NCBI GenBank assembly: GCA_951406725.2
Contig: OX597823.1
Location: 52,204,001 to 52,268,000, forward strand
Source of the DNA: Octopus vulgaris
Taxonomy: Eukaryota
Length of the DNA stretch: 64,000 nucleotides
Direction: 5' to 3'
Shown: piece by piece, positions 14,047-27,812 of the stretch
Numbering within the stretch: position 1 is the first letter of the stretch
How the letters are laid out: each line of letters starts with the position of its first letter
Made by a program: the position numbers and the translations under genes
Notes under the pieces: generated by a model
The model's input: the letters and a program-made list of their open reading frames with translations, nothing else
Database searches by the model: none
Told to the model about the DNA's origin: nothing

Positions 14047-16537
14047 ACAAAAAAGTTATAATTCCCAAGCAAATGTCAATTTAACACATGGTAATTATGT
14101 AAACAAACATTTGCACAGAAATTTGTCTAGAACATAAGTAACGACAAAGCAACTTCCATTCAACTTGGTGATATATCAGCACCTCTCAAAGTTCAAGAAA
14201 CTAGTGATATATGTAGTTTTGAAGTGTTTTCCCTGCCTTTTTATACAATTTGCATGACTAAATACATGAAAACCCAGTTGCTATGAGAAAGTAATACATT
14301 AATTGCATGTGGATCTTAATAAAGAAAAATGTAAATACTGTATTATGTTGACTTTCTTTTTTGAACAATCATCTAACAGAAAGATTTGGCTCCAAATTTA
14401 GGCATGGAATCAAATGAAACGGAATTAATTTAGCTAAAGAAATATAGACAACACATTGTTTGGATTTGGACTTTAGCCAAGGAAAATATAATTTGATAAA
14501 GAGAATTTTTGTTTTGGTCATACAAATTTTTATTTGCTGACTACCATTGGTAAATAATTTCTTTTTATATACATTCTATTTAAAATACAAATTGCTTGAT
14601 CTATCTTGGAAATTCATTTGATTTCTTTTAAAGAGCTCTGCATAATTTTGACTTTCATAAAAGATTAATTGATCTTCAAATTTAATAATGGTATTGGATC
14701 CCTTTTTATTTTTTCCAATAATAGAATTAGTTCCATTGTCTAGTTATTTGTTTTCCTCAGTTAAAAGTACAACTATTGTTCAATGTTAACCCTAAGATAA
14801 AAGTAAAATTAAATGTTTTAAAAACTATGTGAAGACGGTATCTTCAAAGCGTATTTTTCTCCATTGAAGAAATAGTTTAGAATTAGAATTCATTTCAATA
14901 AAAATAATTATCCCTCTTCATTTTGTAGAATTCACCTGTAGAAACTCAGAATATACTGTTTGTCATTTTAGCTTTTTGTTTCTTAGAAGGCTATTGAATA
15001 AGCAAACTTTTTCAAGACACCAAATTACTACAGTGCTAATATGACTTGATATTCAGTGAAAAACCAATAACATGGATAGTAACAATGAGCATTTGGTGCT
15101 TGGCCAATTGAATTACTTGATGTTATTTAAGCCTTATCAAACAAATTTAGCAGAAAATAGCCTCCATTTGCAGCCTAGCACAATAGTTCTTATGCAGAGA
15201 GAAACTAACAAATACTAATAATTATTGTTTATTGCGGCCAGTCAGCACAGCCTGCGGTAATTTTTGTAGAGTTTGAATTTGTTCAACAGCCAGCAGTTTT
15301 CCACTTAATCTTTTGTACAAACATTTCTAAATAGATCACCTTCACTTCTCTTAGAAGAATACACAAAACAAGCAAAAGACAAAATAAAATACAACCAACT
15401 TTATGAGAGGAAATTAGAGATTTTGCATGCTGGTAGTTCTATTAGGATTCCTATTAAGGTCATTTGGACTTAATGTGATTAAGATTGGTCCTGAAGAGAT
15501 GAGTAGGTTTGAAAGGGAAATAAAAACGGAGAATTTTGCTGAAATAATTAGGCAAACTAATTGGTCTCTGCAAGTCAGCATTGATAGCTAAATCAGCTTA
15601 GGAAAGAAAAGACAATACCAAAAGAAAACAAATTCTATTGCTCTTAATATTATACAGTTGGCTGTTTGCATGATTTTTTTTTTCTTAAGACATTGTTTGA
15701 TTCTTTCAGTACATTTGAAGCTTAGCATTTTTGACTTGCTTTCTTCACTTATCGCCTAATCTTCTACAACTTTTCCATATCTTAAGAACCAAAAACTTTT
15801 TAATGATTACAGCAAAGTGTTACTAAGTCTCAAAGATATCATTATTACTACAAATTCTCTTTCAAGTTAAAAACACAAAGAAAGTAATGTGAAAACTTCT
15901 TACTTTTAAATTCTAATCATTGACAAAAGTTTTTGATCAAGTACTATGCAGTGTGTTCATGTGTGTGCATGTTTGTGTGTGTGTGTGCATGTATATGTGT
16001 GTGTGTGCATGTATATGTGTATGCATCAGACATGAATTTCAACATCTGTTGTTTTTTGAACAAAGATTAGAGTCTCAGTAACACAGAAATTTGTGTCTAC
16101 ACATATATTACTTTGTATGATATATTTAAGATTCATTAGCTCCATGCTCTTTCATTCCTATTGAAATTACTGTCTTAGCTTTAGTTTATTTGATTAAAGT
16201 TAAGTTGCTTATTGAGCTCATAAAAAGATATTATCTAAGAAATGTTACATAAAAAAAGTAAATTAGCACCCAAATTATCTATTAGCATAAAGCTCCAATT
16301 CATTTAAAAAGATTATAACCCAGAATTTTTCATGCCTTCAATTACCCCCAGGATGGCAAAAGGGTTAATTAGTCCAGTTTTCTCTCTACTTTGAAACAGT
16401 TAAGAATATTATTATTCTCTGAAAAGAGAAACCAAAGCTTAAGCTGTGAAATCAAAGCCGGAGTGGGCAGCAAGGAACGTCATCATTATTTTGATTGAAA
16501 GTATTATGAATAGTCTGAGTGAATGATGAGATGATAC

Positions 16538-17075
16538 ATCATCATCATCATCATCATTTAACGTCCGCTTTCCATGCTAGCATGGGTTGGACGTTTTGAC
16601 CGAGGGCTGGTGAACCAGATGGCTGCACCAGGCTCCAATCTTGATCTGGCAGAGTTTCTACAGCTGGATGCCCTTTATAATGCCAACCGCTCCGAGAGTA
16701 TAGTGAGTGCTTTTACGTGCCACCAACATGTGGGCCAGTCAGGCGGTACTAGCAACGACCTTGCTCGAATCTTTCTACACATGCCACTGGCACAGGTGGC
16801 AGTAAGGCGATGCTGGTAATGATCATGCTCGAATGGTGCCTTTTACGTGCCACCAGCACAGAAGCCAGTTAGCTGCTCTAGCAATGATCACACTCGGATG
16901 GTGCTCTTAACACCCTATCAGCACGGGGCTCAAGTGCCAGTAAGGCGACACTTGTAACGATCACACTCGAATGGTGCCTTTTATGTGCCGCCGGCATGGA
17001 AGCTGGTTAGCTGCTCTGTCAACGATCACACTCGCATGGTACTCTTTGCACCCTGCTTACATGGATGCCAGTCAT
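16538..17075 (-). mobile_element. SINE family C with internal array of ~65-bp units
   Basis: (CAT)n tail then repeated GGTGCYTTTTACGTGCCACC-type units at about 16710, 16780, 16840, 16905, 16980, 17045. Confidence 0.85.
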
Positions 17076-17976
17076 CGAATTTGATTTTGAACAAATTTTT
17101 GTTCCTTGTATCTGTTAGTTTGTCAGTATAAGAACACATTTTCTCAGTTTTGAAGTGATACTGAAAACGTTTGTCACTTTCAAGTGATATTCAAAATGAA
17201 ATCATTTAATTATATAGCTGTTACAAGTGAAGGTGTAATTAAGCCAGTGATTGAAAAAAATCAGCATTTGTTTCTGTTATGTTTGGTGAGACTACAGACC
17301 TTCCAATGAAATCTTAACTGTCACACATTTTGCAATTTGTTGATGACAAGGAAAGGCTTCAAGAAAGGTTTAGGGGATAAGTTGATGACAGTAAAGACAG
17401 AAAAGCTGCATCACTGACAGAAGTTGTACATTCTTATAAATATTCACTTAATTTAGTACTCTCTCAATCAGCTTCAAAAGTTCAGTAATGTTGAATTTTC
17501 TTCCAAACTTTAAAAAGAATTTCAACTTTTTCTCAAAGTTGATTCCCTGAATAGCCCCTACTGGATGAAATTGTTGGAAGATGATTTCCAAAGTTATATG
17601 TATGTTTCTTGTGTTTTAATAACTACTTCAAAATGGTACATCATAGGGGGGGGGGGGGAAACTATTTTCATTTTCAAACTCCCCATACCTCATATATATA
17701 TACATATATATATATCATATAAATTCATGTATGTTTTTATACACAAAAGAAGTGACACTTTACATGCTGGAAAGGGCAGTTAAAGCCCAAACCACAAATA
17801 AGAGTAATTTCAAGGGGAATAAAAAATAAAAACATTTCAGTAGTTACCCTTATACTCATGTTTCTGCATCAATGTGCAAATCTTAATTAATAAGATTATC
17901 TATTATAGCTTCAGGTTGACCAAAGCCATGTGAGTGGTTTTGGTAGTCATAAAATGAAAGAAGCCCATCATGTATA

Positions 17977-18017
<41 letters not shown>

Positions 18018-18534
18018 AGAGAGAGATACATATATGTGTATGGGGATGTAAACTGCTCATTGTAGCATGTGAGAAGTCCTGTCAAGCATCTCCTCTTTGT
18101 AAATTTTTATACACTCTTATATTTAAGAATATGTCTTATGACTTACTACACAGTAAAACTCTTACTACACAGTAAAATACTCTGCTAATAAATTATTTCA
18201 ATTTATTACCCTCATGTTTACTGTATATATATATATATATGTATGTATAGTGAGTAGATGAAAACAAAATAAGCTCAGTATAGATGACACAGAGTAGTGC
18301 TAAAATAAATGGGAACTAACTCCAACATCTTCATCCAAGGCCAGCACATTGGTATCAAAAGTGATTATAAGAGCAATTTTTATTGAGTTGTTGTGGAGGG
18401 AGTAAGGTACATAAACACAGTTAGGTTTCAGCCATTTATCTACATGGACCACATTGGTGGATATAGTTAACCAAATTCATTTAAAACCGAGTACTTTATT
18501 GATATCTGCCTGGATTTTTTAATCCCCTTTTTCA

Positions 18535-18612
<78 letters not shown>

Positions 18613-18808
18613 CATACATACATACACATACATACATATATATATATATAAGAAAATAGAGATAATTAATAATTATTTCTTAATTACAAAAATGAACATA
18701 ATCTCTGACAGCTAATTACCTTACAGTTGAATATTAAATATAATATTCAATACTTATTGTAATAGGTAATAAACCAGTATATTCATTGCATTTTATTACC
18801 TCTTAATG

Positions 18809-18871
<63 letters not shown>

Positions 18872-18939
18872 CATATATATATACATACATATATATATAT
18901 ATACATACATACATATACATTTATATATATATGTATTTG

Positions 18940-19167
18940 TGTGTGCATGTATGTATTTCTGTCTGTGTTTGTTCCACCACCATGACAGCTGGTGTTGGTG
19001 TGTTTTTGTCCTCATTACATAGCAATTCAGCAAAAGAGACTGATAGAATAAGTACTAGACTTAAAAAGAATAAATACTGGGGTCAATTCATTCAACTAAA
19101 ATTTCATCAAGGCGGTGCTCCAGCATGGCTGCAGTCTAATGACAGAAACAAGTCAATGATAAAAGAC
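18940..19167 (+). mobile_element. SINE family B, 3' half
   Basis: GCAAAAGAGACTGATAGAATAAGTACTAG..GGTGCTCCAGCATGGCTGCAGTC. Confidence 0.8.
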
Positions 19168-19824
19168 AGCATTTTTTGTTTTAACAATTATTTAACACAT
19201 CTTGTTGTTAGATTTCTTACTTTCAATATTCACAAAGTTTAAACAGTAATTGTTGATCTGTTTTTACATATCTTTCTTTTCCTATTTATTTATCAATTTA
19301 TTTTTTTTATCAGTATTTGCCAATCAAAAGTCAGAGATTTTACTATTGTGGTTACAGATAATATAATTCTCAGTTCACAAATATAATTAATTGCACCGAA
19401 GAGATAATAAATTAGCCTCCTGTGGGATGTGATATGTTAGTTACAAACAAATTAAAAACTGAGTCTACAAGCAAAATGCAGATAAAAACAATAAATAAGG
19501 AAAGAAAAAAGGAAGGAAATAAAAGAACAAAAAAAAAACTGAAAGCTAGAGTCTTTCAGTTATGGAGCTGTATACACATAGGGATTCTTAGGAAAATTGC
19601 TTGTCAAAATAAATCTTCTAAATGAAGGACTTCACTGTTTAGAAAAGTCCCATAATAGCTGATAAATTCCCTAAAAAGCCATTTCTCATCCCAATAGCAA
19701 TACAGTGCATGATGTGAGACTGTTCACTGCTGCCAGGCTAAAGAAATCGCTATTTAAATTTGATATAAATAATGATCTATATTATCTAACATAGTTGCAG
19801 ACAAGAGATAGCATATATACATAC

Positions 19825-19907
<83 letters not shown>

Positions 19908-20074
19908 ATTTAATAATCTGAATGGAGGCAATGCAATTGGAAACGGGAGGAACATAATTAATAACCACACACAAAATCAAATCTATATATATATATTCTT
20001 CTACATTTATAAAACTGATAATTGTATTTCTGTATTTGCTTTTGTTTTTTTTTTCTTTTTTTTTTTAGTGTGAA

Positions 20075-20160
20075 AACATCCTGATGAGGATAGTGTCAGT
20101 TTTAAAAATATGAAATATATCATATAACTTGGCATGTCTCTGAAATGGCCCGTAGATGGT
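20075..20160 (+). ncRNA. Decayed type I hammerhead ribozyme motif
   Basis: AACATC-CTGATGA-GGATAGTGTCAG...TTGGCATGTCTCT-GAAAT-GGCCC-GTA-GATGGT; stem I pairs 5/6, stem III resembles the palindrome ACGGCCGT; lies in a ~400-bp segment between two (TA)n runs. Confidence 0.6.
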
Positions 20161-20294
20161 ATTTTTAAATTTTTGTAATATTTTCGTGGTATTTTAGTAC
20201 GTCCATTTAATGTTTTATCATCTCAAATTTTTATTACACTAATGTATTGGAACTTTTAAATCTAAAATTCACTGTGTTTTATGTATCATATTGG

Positions 20295-20337
<43 letters not shown>

Positions 20338-20429
20338 CATATGTATATTTGTAAATATATATCATCATCATCGTCATCATCATCATTGTTTTACGTCCTC
20401 TCTCCATGCTTGCATGGTCCTATAACTGA

Positions 20430-20753
20430 AAGCATGTGCCTTAGTATTTAGGGTATTCAACACACAGTTGTAAGGTCATGACTTCGATACCTGATGGTGC
20501 ATTGTGTTCTTGAGCAAGACACTTTATTTCATGTTGCTCCAGTCCAATCAGCTGGCAAAAGTGAGTAGTAACTGTATTTCAAAAGACCAGCCTTGTCACA
20601 ATCTGTGTCATACTGAATCTCCCTGAGAACTATGTTATGGTTATGCAGCATGTCTGTGGAGTGCTCAGCCACTTGCATGTTAATTTCACAAGCAGGTTGT
20701 TCTGTTGATCCAGTCAACTGAAACCCTTACTATTGTAACCGACAGAGTGACAG
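20430..20753 (+). mobile_element. SINE family D (tRNA-derived, V-domain-like)
   Basis: Degenerate tRNA head followed by TGTGTTCTTGAGCAAGACACTT and CTCCAGTCCAATCAGCTGGCAAAAGTGAGTA. Confidence 0.7.
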
Positions 20754-21205
20754 TCCTATACAATTACAAGTCTCAATGCTACTATATTCTCCTACACTTA
20801 CATAAAAAGAATTGAGTGGATCTGATATTTTTCAGTCAAACTGAATCTCCATCAGAAAGCAGATATTTTCCAATATGCATAATAATCTAAATTTCATAAT
20901 CTGTTATTATATATCTTAGCAATGTCTGAATGCTGATCAGGAGGGATTTTGAGATAGTAGAATAAAATTTGACAATATCAACTTTTGAATTTGAAGACAT
21001 TTTTTTTATTATTAATGCCATTAAACCAACCAATAACTATGTTACTATTATTCCATGGTTAGAAATCTGTTTCCTTAATATTATTAAAATTTCCTAGTTA
21101 ATTAATCCAACACCGTTGATATGATTATATATATATATATAATATATTAAATAAATACATATATGTTTACATACGCACACATACATACATACATACATAC
21201 ATACA

Positions 21206-21238
<33 letters not shown>

Positions 21239-21724
21239 TTATATATATATGTATATATATATGCCTGTCTTTGTATATTTCCAATAATTACTTACATGTA
21301 AATGTACTGTCTGATAAGCTTGGTTATATTTCGCTGTAAGTTATTGATTGTTCCTTCCAACATCTCCTCAAGTTAAAATATCCCAATTATTAAAATATGA
21401 TATATAAGAAAATTTTATCTGCCATGACAATTTGGCATATGGATTTTAACAGGATGGTGATCAACACATACATAGCATATATACACTGATATAAATATAT
21501 ACATACAGCCCCAGCATGGCCACAGCTCATAAGCTGAAACTAGAATCAATCAATCAATCAATCAATAATTGCTTTTAATATGCTATCATATTCTCAATTC
21601 TTGTGTGAATATACTTGCTAATATAGTTCACATTATCCGTCTAACAACACTCTCATTATGAGACTATACCAAAATATGTCATACATTGTTCCACTTTTCA
21701 TAATCTACCTTTCTTTAATCTTTA

Positions 21725-22055
21725 ATCTTTTATCTTTTACTTGTTTTAGTCATTAAACTCTGGCCATGCAAGGGCCCCTCCTTGAAGAATTTTTAGTTGA
21801 ATGATTTGACCCGGTACTTATTTTATCGTTCTCTTTTGCTGAACCACTAAGCTGCAGGGATGTAAGCACACCAACATTGGTTGTTGATCAGTGCTGGGAA
21901 ACAAACACAGACTTCTTTCATTTGTATCTACCAAATCTACTCACAAGGCTTTGGTCAGCCCAAGACACTTGCTTGAGGTGCCATACAGGGGAACTAAACC
22001 TGAAACCTGAAACCACATGATTGGGAAGAAAACTTCTTACCACACAACCATGCCT
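21725..22055 (-). mobile_element. SINE family B, diverged
   Basis: CTTTTACTTGTTT..CTCACAAGGCTTTGGTCAGCC..TTACCACACAACCATGCC. Confidence 0.8.
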
Positions 22056-23919
22056 GACAATTTAGAACTTTTTCTGCTGTCCTTTAATAGATTCAGTAGA
22101 TCATTGGTATATATAGGTTTTAGGGAACTATCAAATCTAAGACATTTTATTGTAACTTGAAAAACTCAAATTTGAAATATTTAGGGCTGAAGAATAATTC
22201 TTATAAACATCTATTGGTGTGTATTTCACATTGAATTCCTCAATAAACATCTTGTTGACTATAAGTTTCAAATACCTTTGTGCATGGCTTATTCATTATT
22301 TCTTGTATTTCATATACATCCATTTTATATAGTTCCCAGTTGAATACAATAAAGGGAATCTTGTTGACAACCTCTAAATTATCAGTTGAGAAGTAGTGAT
22401 GTACTTGTAACTTAATTTCCCTTATTATCACCTGCAATTATAAACCTTTGTGTATCTTATGATCTTCTTACTAGAAATATGGCATCTATGATTTCATGTT
22501 CGGTACAAATGTAACTTATATGTTATCTTAGCTAATCTTATCTTGAACTAACTTTGTGAAATACATGACAGAACTCCCTTGTGGCTTGCAGCAATTTGTC
22601 CTTTACAACTGCCCAGTTGCTCTCTGTATTATAGAGCTCTGTCTCATATATTTCTTTTTAAGTGCTATTTAATAGTTTCAAAAGAAAAATAATTATAAGG
22701 CGTAGGAGTTGCTGTGTGATAAGAAGCTTGCTTCCCAACCACAGAGTTCTGGGCTCAATCCTGCAGTGTGGCACCTTTGGTAAGTGTCTTCTGCTACAGC
22801 CTCAGGCCAACCAAAGCTTTGTGATTCAGGGATATTCATAAGTATACCTCATACAAGTATACTTTGAGACAGTAATCACTGTTAAATTTTATTATTATCT
22901 TGTAACTCTTTCAATCCATGCTGGATGTTTGTGTAAAAACAAACGCTGGCCTATCAACAGATCACTTCCTAGTTGTCTGCAACCGAAGACTGTTAGAATT
23001 CATAGGTAGAAGACAGGTAGAACTTGCACAGAATGTATAATAACTAAAATTATCAATTAATGAAGTATTTTATAAGGCTAACTTTCATAAATGCATTTAT
23101 TTCTTTTTTATTTACTTGATACAAAACCTATGTGTACTTGCATATGTACATGGAACAGGTAGTGCTTTCCAATATTTTGCACACTTTATGGAAGTTTTAA
23201 TTTGCTGAATTCTTAGACCTAATAACAGTGAAGATTTTGTTTCAGTAATTTTAGTTGGTAATATGTTAAAGTTTAAGATATGAATTATGTAACATCGATC
23301 AGTTATCTTCTCAGCAGCTCTTCTTCTAGTCTTTAGTTTTACATCTTTAATTTTAGATTTAATTACTTCCTTTAAAGATTTCTCTCACCTAACTTTCTTT
23401 TCCATAGCTAGTACGGTCACAGAGCTGTGGCATAGTAGAAATAGTGGAATATAACATTTGTAAACACTATAACTTTGATTTCCAATGCAATTGACTTAAT
23501 CCTTTTATTCATGGGGTTAATAACTCAAGTATCAGTAAGGTGCTGGGGTTGATTTAATCAACTATGTTCATATTGTGTTCTTGTCAACAACTTTTATGCT
23601 CCATAGTTATATTCTACTCCTACATAAAGATCTTCAAAAATGTCACCAGGGTGCCTTTTTGCATAGAGTACATAACATGGTAAAGAGCTTTTAATTAATT
23701 GTGCCAACAAAAATTGTCTCCACACAGTATGTCTTTGTTTAATTTTTAACCAATTTAAATTTGCTAAATTACTGTCCGTTATCGCCCTTAGCAAGAATTT
23801 TAATTAATGCTATGATGACTTTCATTCTCATTATGGGTGCGATTTCAATTGATTAAAACTTATTTATTGTTTATTACTGTATGTATGTTAGTTTGCATAT
23901 AAGTATATATGTATATATA

Positions 23920-24345
23920 TCATCATCATCATCATCATCATCCTCATTTAACATCTGCTTTCCATGCTGGCATGGGTGGGACGTGGCCCCCGTGCAGGTG
24001 ACACGTAAAAGCACCGTCCGTTCGTGGCCGTTTGCCAGCTCTGTCTGGCCCCGTGTCGGTGGCACGTAAAAGCACCATCCGTTCGTGTCCGTTGCCAGCA
24101 TTGCCTGGCCCCGTGCCGGTGACACGTAAAAACACCATCCGTTCGTGGCCGTTCGCCAGCTCTGTCTGGCACCTGTGCAGGTGGCACGTAAAAAACACCC
24201 ACTACACTCGCGGAGTGGTTGGCGTTAGGAAGGGCATCCAGCCGTAGAAACACTGCCAAATCTGACTGGGCCTGATGAAGCCTTCCGGCTTCACAGACCC
24301 CAGTTAAACCGTCCAACCCATGCTAGCATGGAAAACGGACGCTAA

Positions 24346-24376
<31 letters not shown>
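23920..24376 (+). mobile_element. SINE family C with four ~61-bp internal units and an inverted copy of its own 3' tail at the 5' end
   Basis: CACGTAAAA at 24002, 24063, 24123, 24185; 23920-23982 is the reverse complement of the tail at about 24310-24376. Confidence 0.9.
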
Positions 24377-24377
<1 letters not shown>

Positions 24378-24429
24378 ATATATATATATATATATATAAA
24401 GATAGATAGATAGATAGATAGATATATAA

Positions 24430-24508
<79 letters not shown>

Positions 24509-25808
24509 CAATATTAAAGCTCCTATAATAGGTTATACAAATTTTAACATGAATTACTTTCACATAAAATATTTTCTTTTCTTTATAAGCTGACCATCAT
24601 CTTGTTTGTTTCAATATTTCAGTGACTAGAAATCTATACTTCATTTGTAGATTCTATTTAACTTAAAACAAAAACACAAATAACAATATTACTACTAATA
24701 GCTCATGGTTGGTACGGATATTTTGCCAAGGAAATTCTTTATTTTTAATGCATAAACTATTTTTTTCCTTTCACTACAAGAGAAAGTATATTACAACCAG
24801 TATAATTCAGTAAATATATTAAATTGGATCACAGGTACTTTGACTAGATTTCATTTTTTTTTTCTTTTCAAGTAATCTTATTTTAGCCACATATTTTCCT
24901 CTCTTGAAACGAAGAATCTGTTGTTCCTTGTCTCTGTATGAATCTTAACTGTTTCTTGCTTGTATTTATCATTTCATAGATCTGCAATTTTCATATCTGT
25001 AACCTTCATCATTTGATTTATTAACCCTTTTCAAGTCTATATCTACTAACAGCATGTGTAATATGCACTTCACTGCAGTTTTTGATGATAAATCATGTCT
25101 TGAATGAGACAAACTGAAGTGACAAGCAGAAAATGAGATTTAGATCTAGTTATATCTATTTGTACCTTTGAATGCGCTAACCTTCTGTTTTACATGTCAA
25201 TTCAAGTTCTGCGTGTATCTCATGTAACTCTGCATTTAAAAAGGTTTAGCGTTCCTGAAATGTCTCCACTTCCTCATCATAACAGTTGACAATAGTACAG
25301 ATTTGTCAGTTGCCCAAAAGTTTACTCTTGCATAGAATCTAATCATCTACATTATTGCAGTCTAAGGTTTTTCTGTCTCTTAGAGCACTTGCTTGTAGAT
25401 TTGAATTACTATCAATGCTGTCTCGTATGTTGCTGTTGTTGTTGCTGTTGTGTTTGTCCCTATAGAAATTCAATGTTGCAATTTGAGTTGAAGTAGTGGA
25501 ATGACTTCAAATGAAATTGACTTCAGATTTGAATCTTCTGGAGAAGAACTAGGCCATGAGAAAGAGCTACACAAGGGTACGTTTAGTTGAACAATTTCTA
25601 TTTCATTCAGAATATAGTTAAATGTCAGTAACATTGCTCCATTGGAACCTGCTATTTCATATAGCATGTGTCACAGATATTTTAATGAAAACCCTTTTAT
25701 AAAAATCAAACTTTCATCTATTGATTTGATTCCTGTTAATAGTCCAAAACATCTCCAGTTTCTACTTTATCACAATGTCTAGGTTTCTAAACAAGAGAAT
25801 AATTATTC

Positions 25809-25948
25809 ACATTATTTACACTTGACAGATATTTGTCCTCATCTTGTTTGTTGTTAACGTTTTGGCTGATACACCCTCCAGCCTTCATCAGGTGTCTTGG
25901 GGAAATTTCGAACCTGGGTTCTCATTCCTAGGGTATTTTTCGATGTTG

Positions 25949-25980
<32 letters not shown>

Positions 25981-26093
25981 GTTATTATTATTATTATTAT
26001 TATTACTATTATTATTATTATTATTCAGGTCACTGCCTGGAATTGAACTCGGAACCTTGGGGTTAGTAGCCCGTGCTCTTAACCACGCCATAT
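25809..26093 (-). mobile_element. tRNA-headed, (AAT)n-spaced, hammerhead-containing element, copy 1
   Basis: Minus strand: ATGGCGTGGTTAAGAGCACGGGCTACTAACCCCAAGGTTCCGAGTTCAATTCC (A box, anticodon arm, B box), (AAT)n, then GACAC-CTGATGA-AGGCTG..CAGCC-AAAAC-GTT (25896-25856). Homologous to 55135-55417. AAGAGAATAATTA repeated at 25793-25805 and 26118-26130. Confidence 0.85.
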
Positions 26094-26200
26094 CTCATCT
26101 CTTAAATATAGAACTGTAAGAGAATAATTACTCTATTTCACCATTATTTTCTAAATGCATTGAATAGTGCCACAGCATTTAACCAGAAGTTGTCACTTAA

Positions 26201-26414
26201 CCCTTTGGTATTCAGATTATTCTGTCAAAATATAATGCTTGTTTATTCACAGAATTTTGAATTAATCATGCTTTATCTTGTATCTTATGATGTCATACTT
26301 TGTTTATGTAGAATGACATTGTTAGGTAGGTGTGAGGAGCCAGATCTGGCCAGTGTGAACACAAAATTGATAGAATATTTAGGCTGGATAAGGCCAGTTT
26401 ATACACTAAAGGGG
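26201..26414 (+). mobile_element. piggyBac-type MITE (~215 bp, TTAA flanks)
   Basis: TTAA-CCCTTTGGTATT...CACTAAAGGGG-TTAA; homologous to 41270, 42227, 49851, 58801 copies. Confidence 0.8.
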
Positions 26415-26476
26415 TTAACAAATATTATGGGGTTTAGTTCTTTTTTTTTTTTTTTTTTTGGATTTTAAAAATAAAA

Positions 26477-27283
26477 GTGGATAGCTTAAATTTGAAACAT
26501 TTCCACAAAAGCTGTTCGCCAGGAGCTGCACAAAGCTGGATTTCACAGGAGGACTGCAATCAGAAACCACTACTTTCAAAAACAAATGTTGCAAACCATT
26601 TACAGGGGAGTAAAGACCTACAGAATTGGTCCCTAGAGCAGTGGAAGAATGTTATTTTCTCGGACGAGTCATCCTTTATCTTATTTCTGACTACTGGCCT
26701 AGTATACATCTGGAGACAGCTAAAAGAGGTATTTGATTCAGTCTACCTTCTTCCAACTGTTAAACATGGACGAGGATCTGGGTGGAGGGTGGCTATATCT
26801 TGGAAATCCACTGGCCCAATGGTTTTCCTTCATGGCAGAATTAATAATCAAGACTATTTAAGAATTTTATCTGATCAAATTCATCCTATGGTTGCGGAAC
26901 TGTTTCCGAAGGGAAATACAATCTTTCAGGATGATAATGCACCAATTCACACAGCTAAAGTTGTTACTGAATAGCACAAGGAATATTCTAGTGAAGCTGA
27001 ACGTCTTATTTGGCCACCACAGTCCCCAGATCTCAATATTATTGAACATTTATGGTGCACTTTAGAAAAACAAGTAGAGTCGATATACTATCATCACTAC
27101 AAGAACTGGACACTGTTTTAGCTGAAGAATGGACAAAAATTCCTTTGGAAACAATTCAAACTTTGTACGAGTCCATACCTTATAGAATTCAAGCTGTAAT
27201 TACTGCCAAAAGTGGCCCTACCTCATATCAAAATAAATTTGTTTGAAATTTTAAGGTGTTTCTATTATTTTGTCCAACCCCTG
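26477..27283 (+). mobile_element. Decayed Tc1 (DD34E) transposon, 5'-truncated
   Basis: ORF 26477-26974 contains WKNVIFSDESSF, PTVKHG, FQDDNAPIH; continues past a stop to WPPQSPDLNIIEHLW and after a frameshift to SIPYRIQAVITAKSGPT; ends TTTTGTCCAACCCCTG + TA. Confidence 0.92.
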
Positions 27284-27473
27284 TATGAGATTAATACAAA
27301 AATTGATTCAATATAGAGATAACGAATTTTAAATATTCTAACAGCCAGCTTGCCCGGCTTCAGTTTGATTTTTACTGTAGCAAGTAGATTATATGTGGAA
27401 ATTGACAATTTAATAGTCTGTTGTCAGCATATTGACTTTGAAATAATTTTCTTTAGCCCTTACTTATAAGTTG

Positions 27474-27537
<64 letters not shown>

Positions 27538-27594
27538 CATACACACCCACACAATATGTATATGTATACACACACACACTCACACATATATATG

Positions 27595-27812
27595 TATGCC
27601 TTTATGTCTATGTTTGTCCCCCCAACATCGCTTGATAACCGGTGCTGGTGTGTTTACATCCCCATAACTTAGCGGTTTGGCAAAAGAGACTGATAGAATA
27701 AGTACTAGGCTTACAAAGAATAAGGCCTGGGGTCAATTTGATTCGACTAAAAGTGGTGCTCCAGCATGGCCACAGTCAAACGACTGAAACAAGTAAAAGT
27801 GAGTAAAGAGTA
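27595..27812 (+). mobile_element. SINE family B, 3' half
   Basis: TTTGTCCCCCAACATCGCTTG..CTGAAACAAGTAAAAG. Confidence 0.85.

Noticed and set aside
23987-24200. CRISPR-like repeat-spacer pattern
   Set aside because: Linkers are homologous to each other, the array lies inside a dispersed SINE, there are no cas genes and the context is eukaryotic.
24268-24296. CTGATGA followed by AGCC/GGCT hairpin as a hammerhead
   Set aside because: No GAAA follows; it is a mutated form of the family C sequence CCTGGTGCAGCC.
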